Shown here piece by piece: positions 39,662 through 49,601 of a stretch of DNA of 64,000 nucleotides (positions within the stretch are counted from its first letter, which is position 1; every line of letters begins with the position of its first letter). Source of the DNA: Candidatus Bathyarchaeota archaeon RBG_16_48_13 (GTDB lineage: Archaea; Thermoproteota; Bathyarchaeia; RBG-16-48-13); contig MEZH01000007.1 of NCBI GenBank assembly GCA_001775995.1, forward strand, positions 200,714-264,713, given 5' to 3'. The translations under genes and the position numbers were made by a program. Below the pieces are notes generated by a model. That model was not told where the DNA came from. It made no database searches and saw nothing but the letters and a program-made list of their open reading frames with translations.

Positions 39662-39800
39662 TGGCGCCGGGGGTGGGATTTGAACCCACGCGGGCTTCCG
39701 CAGACTGTTTCAACGGCCCACAGGCTTTCAACCCTAGGTGGCTAGCAGGCTTGGGCTAAGCTTGTTCAATCTGCCCCCTACCAGACTAGGGCACCCCAGC
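39662..39800 (-). tRNA. tRNA-Ser(GCU) with three introns: 29/30 (39751-39770), 37/38 (39727-39742), variable loop (39696-39710); CCA encoded
   Basis: GCUGGGG/CCCCGGC acceptor and G73. After removal: CAGGC-CU GCU AA-GCCUG and variable arm GGGCC-GUU-GGCCC. Each insert folds as a BHB. Confidence 0.88.
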
Positions 39801-40347
39801 AAGTCGCAATATCCATCCGTAACGCATATCGAAATGCGCTTCAAGTTTCTAACGATATTGTTCACTTGTATAAAAGAGTTGCAGCAATCAAGACACACCG
39901 GACAATCAGCAAATACTGACTCATCTGGATTCAATTCTGCAAAATGAATTTTGGAGGAAAGCGAAGCCTGAATCAGTAAACTCGGTTTCAAATGATCGAA
40001 AGATTCATCACTCAACCTATCGAAGTGGTCACAAAGAAGTCTTGCAACTGATCTCCTTTTTGATCATGAGTGCTCATAGCCATGGCTTCTACCTGTCCGA
40101 GAGAATGCGCACCCTGAAGATCGATGACCAAATCAATATGGATGAACGCTGTCAAATAAAGACGTCTGCCGAAGATAGCCTCGAGCTGATGGGTTTGGCT
40201 GCTAAGCTTACTCTCATACGTGCTTCGTATTTCTCATATTATTGGAAATCTGAAAGTGAGGCGCCAGAGAGGTCGATGAAGAGCAGCTTATGATATTGCA
40301 TTTAGAAAAGGTTCAAAGATGAATCCAAAGGATTATGGAAAGAAGGT

Positions 40348-40662
40348 AGCGGTAGCTCCTGGGCGTTGAAACCCATCCCAAGGAAGTGCACAATCCGCAA
40401 AATCCGTTCCATAGCCCTGAGAGCGCCATCCGTCCACTTTAGGGCTGCTCCATCCCTGGCCTGACCCGTTTCAGCAGTTAGGGGGAATCCTCCTTCCTAC
40501 AAAGGAGTATCTCCTTCCAACGGCCCCTCAGGATAGAATTTCATCTTCACGGAGTTGGTTTCCTCCCTGTTCAGAATGATCCTCCGTCCAGGTTATCAGG
40601 CTCCCGCGTGTCGCTCATTTCGGGTTGCAGGGAAGAGCGAGCTCCCCAGCCATCCTACCGCC
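40348..40662 (-). ncRNA. Signal recognition particle (7S) RNA
   Basis: Terminal helix GGCGGUAG/CUACCGCU, Alu-domain UGCAACCCG, helix 6 with GUAG tetraloop, and helix 8 GUCAGG-CCA-GGGA-UGG-AGCAGC. About 315 nt, with a TATA-like CTTATATC about 25 nt upstream. Confidence 0.9.
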
Positions 40663-40719
40663 GAGACTGAAATAAGAGGTTTAACGATATAAGCATCTCG
40701 CACCTGAAGCTAAGACGAC

Positions 40720-41649
40720 TTATTCAGGCTTCAAATGTGAAAGGATCTCGCAGGTCTTGCACATGTCCGCTGCAGCTGGTTCACCGCACTCCTTACAGTA
40801 CCTTATGTCCGCTATGGTGGAGGTCCTTATGGATGATGAGAGCCTCTCAAATGAGCGTAACATAGTATACCTGGTTCCTGGATGCTTCTTCTCAAAAGTG
40901 TTGATCAGCATTCTGGCGTCATTTCTCATGGATTCCTTTGCATAGGGGCAAGGAGTCTTTTGCATCTCTATCTTCCGGAGAAATGCATATAGTGCTATCT
41001 CTTCTTCTGGGACTTCCCGTAGGGGCTTTACCCTTGGAATCAACCCGGGGATCTTCCTCTCAACATCAGGCGTTATTCTTGGAAGACGAAGGATATCCCC
41101 ATGGATGACGTTAAGCAATATCGTCTGCACCTCGTCGTCCAAGCTGTGAGCTGTAATCAACTTATCGGCTTTCACAGCCTTAGCTGTTGAATTAAGGGCT
41201 TTTCTCCTTAGGACACCGCAATAAGAGCAAGTACCCAGACCTACTCCATCCCTCCTGAGAGCTTCCCTAATTTCATCCAGTGTGAAGCCATACAAATCCT
41301 CGAACGAGACGATTAAGTGATCTACCCCCAGCTGCGAACAGCGCTTTCGCGCTATCCTTATGGATTCATCCCTGTAGCCTGCTATACCCTCATCCACCGT
41401 AATAGCGACGAGTTCATACCCAGGAAACCGGGCCCCAAGTTTTGCCATTATACTGATGAGCGCTGTGCTGTCCTTTCCGCCCGAGAGGGCTAAAGCAACC
41501 TTCTCGCCGTGTCTGATCATTGAATATTTGGATATAGTTTCCCGCACCTTGTTTTCGATGGAGCGAAGAAAGCATCCCCTGCAGAGCTTTTCTCCAGAAT
41601 ACATGCGGAAGTAGACGCTTGGCCTTTCACAGGCCGCACAATTCTCCAT
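40720..41649 (-). CDS. TtuA/Ncs6-family tRNA 2-thiolation protein (TIGR00269-like)
   Basis: N-terminal CxxC pairs, PP-loop SGGKDS, CSYCGVLRR, AHSLDDE, CPY and C-terminal C..CGE...C..C. Confidence 0.93.
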   Translation of the reverse strand: MENCAACERPSVYFRMYSGEKLCRGCFLRSIENKVRETISKYSMIRHGEKVALALSGGKDSTALISIMAKLGARFPGYELVAITVDEGIAGYRDESIRIARKRCSQLGVDHLIVSFEDLYGFTLDEIREALRRDGVGLGTCSYCGVLRRKALNSTAKAVKADKLITAHSLDDEVQTILLNVIHGDILRLPRITPDVERKIPGLIPRVKPLREVPEEEIALYAFLRKIEMQKTPCPYAKESMRNDARMLINTFEKKHPGTRYTMLRSFERLSSSIRTSTIADIRYCKECGEPAAADMCKTCEILSHLKPE

Positions 41650-41670
41650 GATAATCAGAACCTGAAGACC

Positions 41671-42801
41671 CTAGAGATACAACTTCAGAAGACTTAGCCC
41701 TATGTTCAGTATGAGAATGGCAAGGAAAAGCATTGAAATGGCAGATCGTATCTTTTCTTTTTTCTTGGGCACATATTTTTCTAGGGCACTGCTCAAAAAG
41801 CCATCCCCGTCCAAGTAATAGACCGGCAGCATGTTGAGGATAGCGACGCTCAAGGCAACGATGAATGTCCAATTCAAGCTATTGAACGCCTCGTAAGATA
41901 CTATGTGTCCGAAGACATCTAATGCGGAGGGGAGGTAGTTATCTCTCTGAATTCCTATGAAAGACCTGCTTGAATTGGTTGGATCTTGGCTAGTAGTTAG
42001 CGGAACAGTTCCTCTGTCAGTGTCTAACATCAAGACCTGCCCCGGCTTCACCCCATTAATATAGTAGTACAAAGCTCCGATGTCCTTTGTCATGGTACCG
42101 TTAATGGAATAGATGATATCACCAGCCATGATTCCTGCCTTTTCAGCGCTGCCTCCCTGAACTACGCCGGTGATTAATATCCCCGAGGGGGAAGCGTACA
42201 TGGACGTCGTCAACAGAAAAACGATAACTCCAATTATCAAATTGGAGGATGACCCAGCTGCGAGAACTCTGAGTTTCGAAATCATCTTGGACTTGCTGAG
42301 CACATCCTCATCTGGCTCAACAAATCCACCCGGGAATAGGATAAAGAAAAAAAGGCCTGATGATTTTATCGGAATACCCTCAACCTGAGCTGAAATCCCA
42401 TGAGCCAATTCATGGACAGCGAGATTTATTGCGAGACCCACCAAGAGGTACGGAACCCAGTAAAGAGAAATCGTAATACCTGGCACAATTGGGACCAGGG
42501 GAGAAGCGGATTGCGGGACGAAAATGAAGCTTAGAAGGTTTTGGCTAATAAAGTACAAAGCATAGATTTGAAGACCTACTCCCATGGCTACACCTACTGA
42601 CCCAAGGGTACGCCATAACCTCGGCGACACCTGAGCGATCTTCCTTAGGAGTTTGTTCAAGCGTTCTGTTTTCCAAAGGAGATAGAAAGGTTTCAACTCG
42701 AGATTGAACCGCTTGAAGTTGAATGCCTTACTGAGTATGTAAATAGAGACCCAGAAGCCGACTATGACTAATGCAGCAGTGTATAGCTCGATGGAATCCA
42801 T
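41671..42801 (-). CDS. Site-2 protease family (M50) metalloprotease with PDZ domain
   Basis: HELAHG, GGFVEPDE, AAGSSSN, PDZ SAEKAGI..GD and NMLP...DGD. Confidence 0.92.
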   Translation of the reverse strand: MDSIELYTAALVIVGFWVSIYILSKAFNFKRFNLELKPFYLLWKTERLNKLLRKIAQVSPRLWRTLGSVGVAMGVGLQIYALYFISQNLLSFIFVPQSASPLVPIVPGITISLYWVPYLLVGLAINLAVHELAHGISAQVEGIPIKSSGLFFFILFPGGFVEPDEDVLSKSKMISKLRVLAAGSSSNLIIGVIVFLLTTSMYASPSGILITGVVQGGSAEKAGIMAGDIIYSINGTMTKDIGALYYYINGVKPGQVLMLDTDRGTVPLTTSQDPTNSSRSFIGIQRDNYLPSALDVFGHIVSYEAFNSLNWTFIVALSVAILNMLPVYYLDGDGFLSSALEKYVPKKKEKIRSAISMLFLAILILNIGLSLLKLYL

Positions 42802-43332
42802 TGCGCAAACTACCTTGGGAAGGAGAATACTAATCGAAGGGTGATAATTATCCTTTGCGAGTCTAGAAAAAGGAAGATGAACTACAAGATATTATTGGTG
42901 AGGGATTCTAACTAAGACGAAGAGTAAGAAATAGCCATGAACCTTTTGGAGAAGAGACTCGTCGCTTGTGCTAACGTAATCCCCTGTGTATGATCGATCT
43001 ACCTGTTGAAGGGAAAGATCGAGGACATACGAGAGACACTGCTCTTGATGAGGACAAGGGCCTTCATTGAAAAGACTGGTTCAGAATCTCCGAGATCCTT
43101 AATAATGGGATTTCGGAGGCCTTGACTCTTGATGTCTCTGTCGGCAACGTCTCATATTTAGAATGGTTGATGAAGGAGAATGAGATCAGGCCTCTTCCAA
43201 GAAGAGGCTGGGGAGGCAGTAATATCGGGGTATTGTTAGGCGTGAGATCAATGAAATCGAATGAATATTATTTAAAGCTACCACGATAGATCTCTGTTCA
43301 TTATGAATGATTCATCAGAAGAGTGCTAATAC

Positions 43333-44415
43333 TTGAAGATTTTCGAGAGGGATCTCAAACACGGCAAGTTGGTCGTTTTGCCAGCGAACCTTGATGACCT
43401 CTGGACATTGTATAATGTCTTGGATAAGGGCGACATTGTTTACTCAAGAACCTCGAGGGAGATCAAGGCCTCCGGAGATGAGACAAGCTCCTCTAAGCCC
43501 CGAAGGATACCTATGGTCCTCGGACTGCGAGTTGAGGAAGTCTACTTCGATCAGAGCGTCAACCGCCTTAGAATCCATGGCATAATAGTAGACTGCCCCG
43601 AGGAATTTGAGATCAAGGGCTCTCATCACACCATAAACGTTGTTCCCAACGAGAATTCACTGTCAATAACAAAGGATCGATGGTTCAGCCATCAGTTGAA
43701 GCGAATCGAAGTCTCCGCAGAGTCGCATACTCCTCCAGTAATACTGGTTGCCCTTGACGATGAGGAATGCGGGATAGCAGCAATCTATGAAAGGGGAATC
43801 AAGATGAAGGCTGAGATAAGGGCCAAACTACCTGGAAAGATGGAGGACAAGGGAAGAGACGAAGCCAGGGGCACCTACTACAAGAGTATTCTAGAGGCTA
43901 TTTCACAGGCGCACAACGAGACCCGCGGCCCCGTGATAATCGTGGGTCCAGGATTCGCCAAAGAAAATCTATCACGATTCGCCAAGGACAAGATGAGTGA
44001 GCTAGCCGCCCACATCATTGCTTTGAGCGGAGTCAGCAGCAGCGGCTTGGGCGGAATCAAAGAGGCAGTCAGGTCAGGCGTTCTTTCGACTGTTCTGAAG
44101 AAGTTACGGGTGAATGAAGAGATGACATTGATCGAGGAGCTGCTTGCCAGACTAGCATCGGGAAGAGGTCTAGTTTCTTATGGCATTGAGGAAGTCAACG
44201 AAGCCCGATGTTTGGGGGCGATAGATCAGCTCCTTGTCGCTGACACTTACATAAGAGGAAAAGTGGGAGAGGAGAGGGATAGTACAGAGAGATTACTCGA
44301 GGACGTCGAGAGGATGAAGGGAAAAGTCCACATCATTAGTACAGAGCATGAGGGTGGCGAGAAACTCCTTTCCCTTGGTGGAATAGCCGCCCTCCTGAGA
44401 TTTGCAATAACTTAA
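43333..44415 (+). CDS. pelA: Pelota/Dom34 ribosome rescue factor
   Basis: DDLWTLYN, RLRIHG, GSHHT, GPGFAK and GGEKL.SLGGIAALLRF. Confidence 0.96.
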   Translation: MKIFERDLKHGKLVVLPANLDDLWTLYNVLDKGDIVYSRTSREIKASGDETSSSKPRRIPMVLGLRVEEVYFDQSVNRLRIHGIIVDCPEEFEIKGSHHTINVVPNENSLSITKDRWFSHQLKRIEVSAESHTPPVILVALDDEECGIAAIYERGIKMKAEIRAKLPGKMEDKGRDEARGTYYKSILEAISQAHNETRGPVIIVGPGFAKENLSRFAKDKMSELAAHIIALSGVSSSGLGGIKEAVRSGVLSTVLKKLRVNEEMTLIEELLARLASGRGLVSYGIEEVNEARCLGAIDQLLVADTYIRGKVGEERDSTERLLEDVERMKGKVHIISTEHEGGEKLLSLGGIAALLRFAIT

Positions 44416-44479
44416 AGGACTCTCTCAAAGCCTTTAACTTCATCAATCAACGAATTCCGCGCAAAAAAGACGTGAAGGT

Positions 44480-45148
44480 ATGACGATGATCTTCAAGGTA
44501 AAAGCGATATTCTATGACTATGACGGGACCCTAGTGAACTCAAAGAAGGTCATCTTTGATGGTATCAATCTGGTTTTGGGGAGTCGAGGCTTATCAAGGA
44601 TCAAGACCAAAGAGCTGATGAATATCGCCGGGATGCCACTCCAGAAGGGGCTTGCCAAGAGATTCGAAGGTTTGACTGAGGAGAAAATAAAAGGTTGCCA
44701 GACAGATTTCGATGCTTATATGAGGGTAGCCTCAATGGAGTACAAATTGATCGAAGGGACCAAAGACGTTCTTTCGTATTTCCGGAAAAAAGGGGCGATT
44801 CAAGCGGTAATCACAAGCGCTCCGAGACATCAAGTCGACCATGACCTAAGTAGATTCGGCCTACACGAGTTCCTTGAACTGGTCATTTCAAGAGAGGACG
44901 TGGACAACCACAAGCCCGCTCCAGATTCAATTCTTAAAGCCCTCGCGAGCTTGAAGGTCAACGCAGAAGAATCACTCTATGTGGGCGATAGCTACGTTGA
45001 TTTGGCTGCAGGCAAAAGAGCGGGGGTAAGAACGATCGGCGTATTGACTGGATTCTGCGACCGAGGTACCCTAGAGAACGGATATCCGGACATGATCATT
45101 GATAGCGTTGCGGACCTCCAAAAAGTAGTAGAAGTTATAAGCGCGTAG
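44480..45148 (+). CDS. HAD-superfamily hydrolase (phosphoglycolate phosphatase-like)
   Basis: DYDGTLVNS, KPAPD and YVGDS..D. Confidence 0.9.
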   Translation: MTMIFKVKAIFYDYDGTLVNSKKVIFDGINLVLGSRGLSRIKTKELMNIAGMPLQKGLAKRFEGLTEEKIKGCQTDFDAYMRVASMEYKLIEGTKDVLSYFRKKGAIQAVITSAPRHQVDHDLSRFGLHEFLELVISREDVDNHKPAPDSILKALASLKVNAEESLYVGDSYVDLAAGKRAGVRTIGVLTGFCDRGTLENGYPDMIIDSVADLQKVVEVISA

Positions 45149-45197
45149 GCTTCCACCATTTAAATCTCCTAATTTGCACTAGATTGAAGGCAAGAAT

Positions 45198-45998
45198 TTG
45201 ATGCAGTTCTTTCCAATCCACACGAGGCTAATAAAGCCCAAGGAAGACTACCTGGAGATCATTTTAGAAGCAATGAAAGCTCAGAGTTTGACATTCGAAG
45301 ATGGCGACATACTCATTCTCTCTGAGAAAATCGTCGCCACGTCTGAGGGCAGGATTGTCAATTTAAAAGAGGTCAAAGCGAGCCCGAGAGCCAAAGAACT
45401 GGCCAAAAAATATTACGTTGATGAGAAGACCGTCGAGTTGGTCTTGCAGGAAGCCGATGAGGTGCTGAGCGGGGTTCCAAGAATCCTTCTGACGCTGAAG
45501 AATAATATGTTGATGCCGAACGCAGGAATAGACCACTCGAACGCACCTTCGGATCATGTGATTCTCCTTCCGAAAGACCCCTGGATCTCAGCCGAGAAAG
45601 CCAGATCGAAGATCATGAAGCGATTCGGAAGAAGAATTGGAGTCCTTATCATAGACAGCAGAGTCATGCCTATGCGGATGGGGACCATAGGCTTGGCTTT
45701 AGGAGTCGCAGGGTTTGAACCCATGGATGACATTCGAGGCAGAGACGATCTCTATGGGAAAATGCTACTGGTGACCCTCAGAGCTGTAGCGGACGATCTG
45801 GCCTCAGCGGCACAACTGGTCATGGGTGAGGCAAATGAGAGCAACCCAGCTGTACTGGCCAGAGGTGCACCGGTTATGATGACGGACAGGCCTATAAAGA
45901 GAGACTCGATGTACATTTCCCCTGATGAATGTCTATATATTAGGGGGTTCGAACGGTGGAATTGGGGGAAGAAAGACCGAAAGAGGGAAATGCCCTAG
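45198..45998 (+). CDS. cofE: Coenzyme F420-0:L-glutamate ligase
   Basis: EKIVATSEG, NAGIDHSN, IDSR..P.R.GT, ADDLASAA.LVMGE and P..L.RG. Confidence 0.9.
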   Translation: MMQFFPIHTRLIKPKEDYLEIILEAMKAQSLTFEDGDILILSEKIVATSEGRIVNLKEVKASPRAKELAKKYYVDEKTVELVLQEADEVLSGVPRILLTLKNNMLMPNAGIDHSNAPSDHVILLPKDPWISAEKARSKIMKRFGRRIGVLIIDSRVMPMRMGTIGLALGVAGFEPMDDIRGRDDLYGKMLLVTLRAVADDLASAAQLVMGEANESNPAVLARGAPVMMTDRPIKRDSMYISPDECLYIRGFERWNWGKKDRKREMP

Positions 45999-46159
45999 CT
46001 TTTGAGTGATATTTCAACCCTTTCGGAGCTGAACATAAGCTTCTTGCCGCAATGGGGGCAAGACCCATTAAGCTCTTGAATGATCTCCTGAGGGAATTTA
46101 AGTTCTGGTTCTTCGTATAGAATCTTCTTACAATTGTTGCAGATGATCTTTTGCGGCAT
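45995..46159 (-). CDS. Small zinc-finger protein (CxxC...CPxCG), 54 aa
   Basis: Manual translation MPQKIICNNCKKILYEEPELKFPQEIIQELNGSCPHCGKKL. Below the ORF-track size cutoff. Confidence 0.75.
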   Translation of the reverse strand: MPQKIICNNCKKILYEEPELKFPQEIIQELNGSCPHCGKKLMFSSERVEISLKS

Positions 46160-46274
46160 AAAGAACGCCAAGTAGTGCTAGAAGAAAATATGTGCGAGCA
46201 ATATTTTAACGTAACCTTGAGAAAGAAGACATCCTGAGCAAATAGCGCACGAATTTTAAGGAAAGTCTGAATGG

Positions 46275-48353
46275 TTGACGTATACCCTGATCATAGCCGA
46301 GAAGCCAGATGCGGCTGCAAGGATCGCTGAGGCATTGAACGATAAAGGGAGACCTGCCAAACATGCTAGAAATGGGGTCCCTTATTACATCGGCTCAAGA
46401 AAAGGGAAGGAGTTCGTGGCATGTTCGTCGATAGGTCATCTATACACAGTAGCAGCTGAGGATGCGGGGCGATTTCATTACCCAGTTTTCTCCTTCAATT
46501 GGGTACCCAAGTTCACGGTAGAGCGAAACTCTAAGTACCAACGGGCATGGATCGAGATCATTCAGGATCTGGGAAAAGAAGCAGATGATTTCATCAATGC
46601 GTGCGACTATGATGTTGAAGGCAGCCTGATCGGCTTCTCCATACTCAAATACGCTTTAGGCGATGTGACGAGAAAGTCGAAGAGGATGAAGTATTCTACC
46701 CTAACAAAGGACGAATTGGCCCATTCTTATGACAATCCTCTACCCACTCTCGACTTCTCATTGATCGAGGCGGGGAAGACGCGGCATGAAGTGGATTGGC
46801 TTTACGGCATAAACCTGAGCAGAGCGATGATGAAGGCTGCATATACAGCCAGTGATAAGTATTCGGCTCTCAGCATTGGCAGGATTCAGGGACCTACGTT
46901 GAAGGCACTAGCCGAAAGGGAGAGGGAGATCAACAATTTTGTGCCTATCCCTTATTGGAGTCTCAAGTGTGCGGTTGAGATCGATGGAAAAACATTTTCT
47001 GTCAGATATGACAAGGAAAAGATAGACACGAGAGACGAAGCCCAAAGAATAGTGAATGCTTGTAACGGGAAAGAGGGATTAGTGGACCTTGTGGAAGCGA
47101 AGAAGTATTATGAGAAACCTCCTCCACCGTTTGATGTTGGAGGCCTCCAGGCAGAAGCCTATCGCCTCTTCGGTTACTTCCCATCGAGGACCGTGGCATT
47201 GGCTGAACGTCTCTACTTGGAGGCCTTGATAAGCTACCCCAGAACGGGCAGCCAGAAGCTACCTCCATCAATAGGGTACAGGAATATCCTTATGGGTCTA
47301 GGTGGCCTGGTCGAGTATTCTGATCTGGCAAACGAGATCTTGAGTGGACGACTCATTCCCAACGAGGGGACAAAGACTGACCCTGCCCACCCAGCAATTT
47401 ATCCCACAGGAAACCCTTCCAGAAGGAGATTATCGACCGAGGAGCACAGACTTTACGACCTGATCGTCAAGAGGTTTCTGGCGGTCTTCTCCACTCCGTC
47501 GCATAAGGAGCGCACCAGAGCAAGGATTTCTTGCGGAGAATTCATCTTTTCTATGGAAGGATTCAGAATACTGGAGGAGGGTTGGATGAGGTCTTACATG
47601 CCATACACATCAGCTAAAGAGGTCCCGATGCCAGCGCTAACCGAAGGACAAAGAATCATATTTCTCGATCTGTCAGCTCACAAGAAGTTCGTCCAACCGC
47701 CATCAAGATACAATCCTTCCAGTTTGCTGAAGCTCATGGAAGAACAGAACATCGGGACAAAGGCGACGCGCGCGGATATCATAGAAACCCTCATGGAGAG
47801 AGGTTACATTCGGGACGAGAGAATCACTATGACCGAGTTAGGGTTCGGTGTGGTAGATACATTTGAGGAGATGTGCCAGGACATCTTAAGCGTGGACCTC
47901 ACAAGGAAACTTGAGAAGGACATGGAGTTGATAGAGGAAGAAAAAAAGACTCGTGAAGAAGTCCTAATCGAAGCAGTCTCATTCCTACGGAGGACTTTGG
48001 CTACAATAAGAACGGATGAAAGGCGAATTGGGGCCCGTCTGACCGAAGCCAAAAGGAGGGCATGGCTTGACAAGGTCGCGGTTTCGAGTTGCCCGAGCTG
48101 CAGAACAGGAAAGCTCCTCATGATAAGGTCTAGATCAACGGGAAAGGTCTTCATAGGCTGCTCCAATTACCAGAGCGGGACATGCTCATTCTCTGCACCT
48201 TTGCCTCAACATGGGATCATTCGGCCTAGCCACCGTCTCTGTCATACTTGCGGCTACCCGACAGTAATTGTCAGAAGGAAGAAAAGCAAGCCCTGGAGCC
48301 TCTGCATCAACATCCACTGTCCTTCAAAAGAGAAATGGGGGAAGAGGCAATAA
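46275..48353 (+). CDS. topA: DNA topoisomerase IA
   Basis: IIAEKP, NACDYDVEG, SIGRIQGP, catalytic ISYPRT, AHPAIYPT, GTKATR and C-terminal Zn ribbons. Confidence 0.96.
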   Translation: MTYTLIIAEKPDAAARIAEALNDKGRPAKHARNGVPYYIGSRKGKEFVACSSIGHLYTVAAEDAGRFHYPVFSFNWVPKFTVERNSKYQRAWIEIIQDLGKEADDFINACDYDVEGSLIGFSILKYALGDVTRKSKRMKYSTLTKDELAHSYDNPLPTLDFSLIEAGKTRHEVDWLYGINLSRAMMKAAYTASDKYSALSIGRIQGPTLKALAEREREINNFVPIPYWSLKCAVEIDGKTFSVRYDKEKIDTRDEAQRIVNACNGKEGLVDLVEAKKYYEKPPPPFDVGGLQAEAYRLFGYFPSRTVALAERLYLEALISYPRTGSQKLPPSIGYRNILMGLGGLVEYSDLANEILSGRLIPNEGTKTDPAHPAIYPTGNPSRRRLSTEEHRLYDLIVKRFLAVFSTPSHKERTRARISCGEFIFSMEGFRILEEGWMRSYMPYTSAKEVPMPALTEGQRIIFLDLSAHKKFVQPPSRYNPSSLLKLMEEQNIGTKATRADIIETLMERGYIRDERITMTELGFGVVDTFEEMCQDILSVDLTRKLEKDMELIEEEKKTREEVLIEAVSFLRRTLATIRTDERRIGARLTEAKRRAWLDKVAVSSCPSCRTGKLLMIRSRSTGKVFIGCSNYQSGTCSFSAPLPQHGIIRPSHRLCHTCGYPTVIVRRKKSKPWSLCINIHCPSKEKWGKRQ

Positions 48354-48559
48354 TGTGCGTAGTGTGCGGAACGAACGATGAGACAGAGTACTGCAAGAGA
48401 CATCAATCCGCCTATGAAAACCTCGTAAAAACTTACGATATTTGGCAACGCGCAACGGAATTATCTTGGGATGAATATTTGGGCAAAGTGATTGAAAACG
48501 AATTCACGGGTTTTTGGGCAATGGAAGTAGCCCAAAGACTGAAAACGAAGAAGGGTTAA
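48353..48559 (+). CDS. Small hypothetical Cys/His protein coupled to topA
   Basis: TAATG overlap with the topA stop; CVVCG..YC.RH..AY..L..W..W..YL. Confidence 0.65.
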   Translation: MCVVCGTNDETEYCKRHQSAYENLVKTYDIWQRATELSWDEYLGKVIENEFTGFWAMEVAQRLKTKKG

Positions 48560-48608
48560 GAAACCTTTAAAAAACATCTCATGCTATTTGCCATAGGGAC
48601 TTGCCTGG

Positions 48609-49049
48609 ATGACATCTCTTGCAGATAGATTGAGGTATTCAGGGATAGGGCGGCGCCTCAGGAAACTCAATATCCCTAGAGTCGGTCTGTTCAAGCCCTC
48701 AACTGTGCTTCTAACTGGGATAATCATTGCAGTTTCAATATTCATATTAGGTGGAGGAGTTTTCGATCTTCTCGAGCACCCCTTAGCCCTGTTGCCCAGT
48801 TCTAGTGGCTGGCTCTTCATTTATCCAGGTCTATATTCCCAGACTTGGAATGAGAGCATCTTCTCCATGTTCATGCTCACTCTGGGGATTGCAGGAACCT
48901 TTGTCTGTTATCGGAGCACCAGATATGCCTTCAAACCTAAGCAAGCCACTGTTCTGCTCCTAATAGGAACGGTGTTGATAGTTATATCCATCTTGGGCTT
49001 CGAGTACGCACTTTACCTGAAGCTTAACACTAGCACAACGTCAGCATAA
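48609..49049 (+). CDS. Three-TM membrane protein resembling the OST3/OST6/DC2 (OSTC) family
   Basis: FILGGGVFDLLEHP...SQTWNES...F..LGIAG...YRS pattern matches my recollection of DC2/OSTC. Alignment by eye only. Confidence 0.55.
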   Translation: MTSLADRLRYSGIGRRLRKLNIPRVGLFKPSTVLLTGIIIAVSIFILGGGVFDLLEHPLALLPSSSGWLFIYPGLYSQTWNESIFSMFMLTLGIAGTFVCYRSTRYAFKPKQATVLLLIGTVLIVISILGFEYALYLKLNTSTTSA

Positions 49050-49057
49050 CAGCTCTT

Positions 49058-49543
49058 CTACCAAGGCTCCTTCTTGAGATTCAGAAGATAAGCTGCAATG
49101 TTCGTGCTCAGATGTATAATTGGGGTCAAGATCGTTATGAGAAGAACCTCAGTGAAGGTAGGGGTATTGATGAGAGAAACTAGCAGAAAAGCGCCTCCTA
49201 CGAAATCGAGTTGATCAACTACTGGCAGTGATGCTCCAGGTTTCATTCCTAGTCTCCTCTTTAGAAAGGCTCCTCCGAGATCACCTAGAAGCGCCCCCAA
49301 GGAGAGCAAAAAACCCCTCAAAGGCCAACCTTGGAGAATTCCTACCAAGGTCCCTGCTGCTAAGCCCCCGGCAAAACCCCTCAGAGTCTTGTTTTGACCG
49401 AACAGTCGCTTTCCATCGATGAAGTTGTAGCCCATATCCAATGGAATCTTGCCCTTTGTCAATATTGGAGTAGCGTTGGCTAGATAGACGGGCAAAAAAC
49501 CGTAAAGTGTCAACGCGATCTGGAAGATGTCCAAAGGATTCAA
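49058..49543 (-). CDS. carS: CDP-archaeol synthase
   Basis: LPVYLANATP, PLD.G..F.DG.RLFG.NKT.RG, GDL.G.F.KRRLG and DQLDF. Confidence 0.93.
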   Translation of the reverse strand: MNPLDIFQIALTLYGFLPVYLANATPILTKGKIPLDMGYNFIDGKRLFGQNKTLRGFAGGLAAGTLVGILQGWPLRGFLLSLGALLGDLGGAFLKRRLGMKPGASLPVVDQLDFVGGAFLLVSLINTPTFTEVLLITILTPIIHLSTNIAAYLLNLKKEPW

Positions 49544-49601
49544 CTTCAGCCAAATTGATTTTAGATTGTTCTATTACCTGAACATAAAATCTTATGGATT
49601 T

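Noticed and set aside
39810-40340. Short ORFs between tRNA-Ser(GCU) and SRP RNA
   Set aside because: No recognisable motifs, and one overlaps the tRNA gene. Treated as intergenic.
40348-40662. Permuted or BHB-circularised SRP RNA, as in Thermoproteus
   Set aside because: Domains are in the normal order, and the terminal helices are separated by a GAUGG/GAG internal loop rather than a BHB.
42850-43320. Possible structured ncRNA (hairpins at about 43088-43118 and 43189-43208; TGATGA boxes) or decayed gene
   Set aside because: No convincing paired C/D or H/ACA layout, and only short ORFs in mixed frames. It needs Infernal or expression data.
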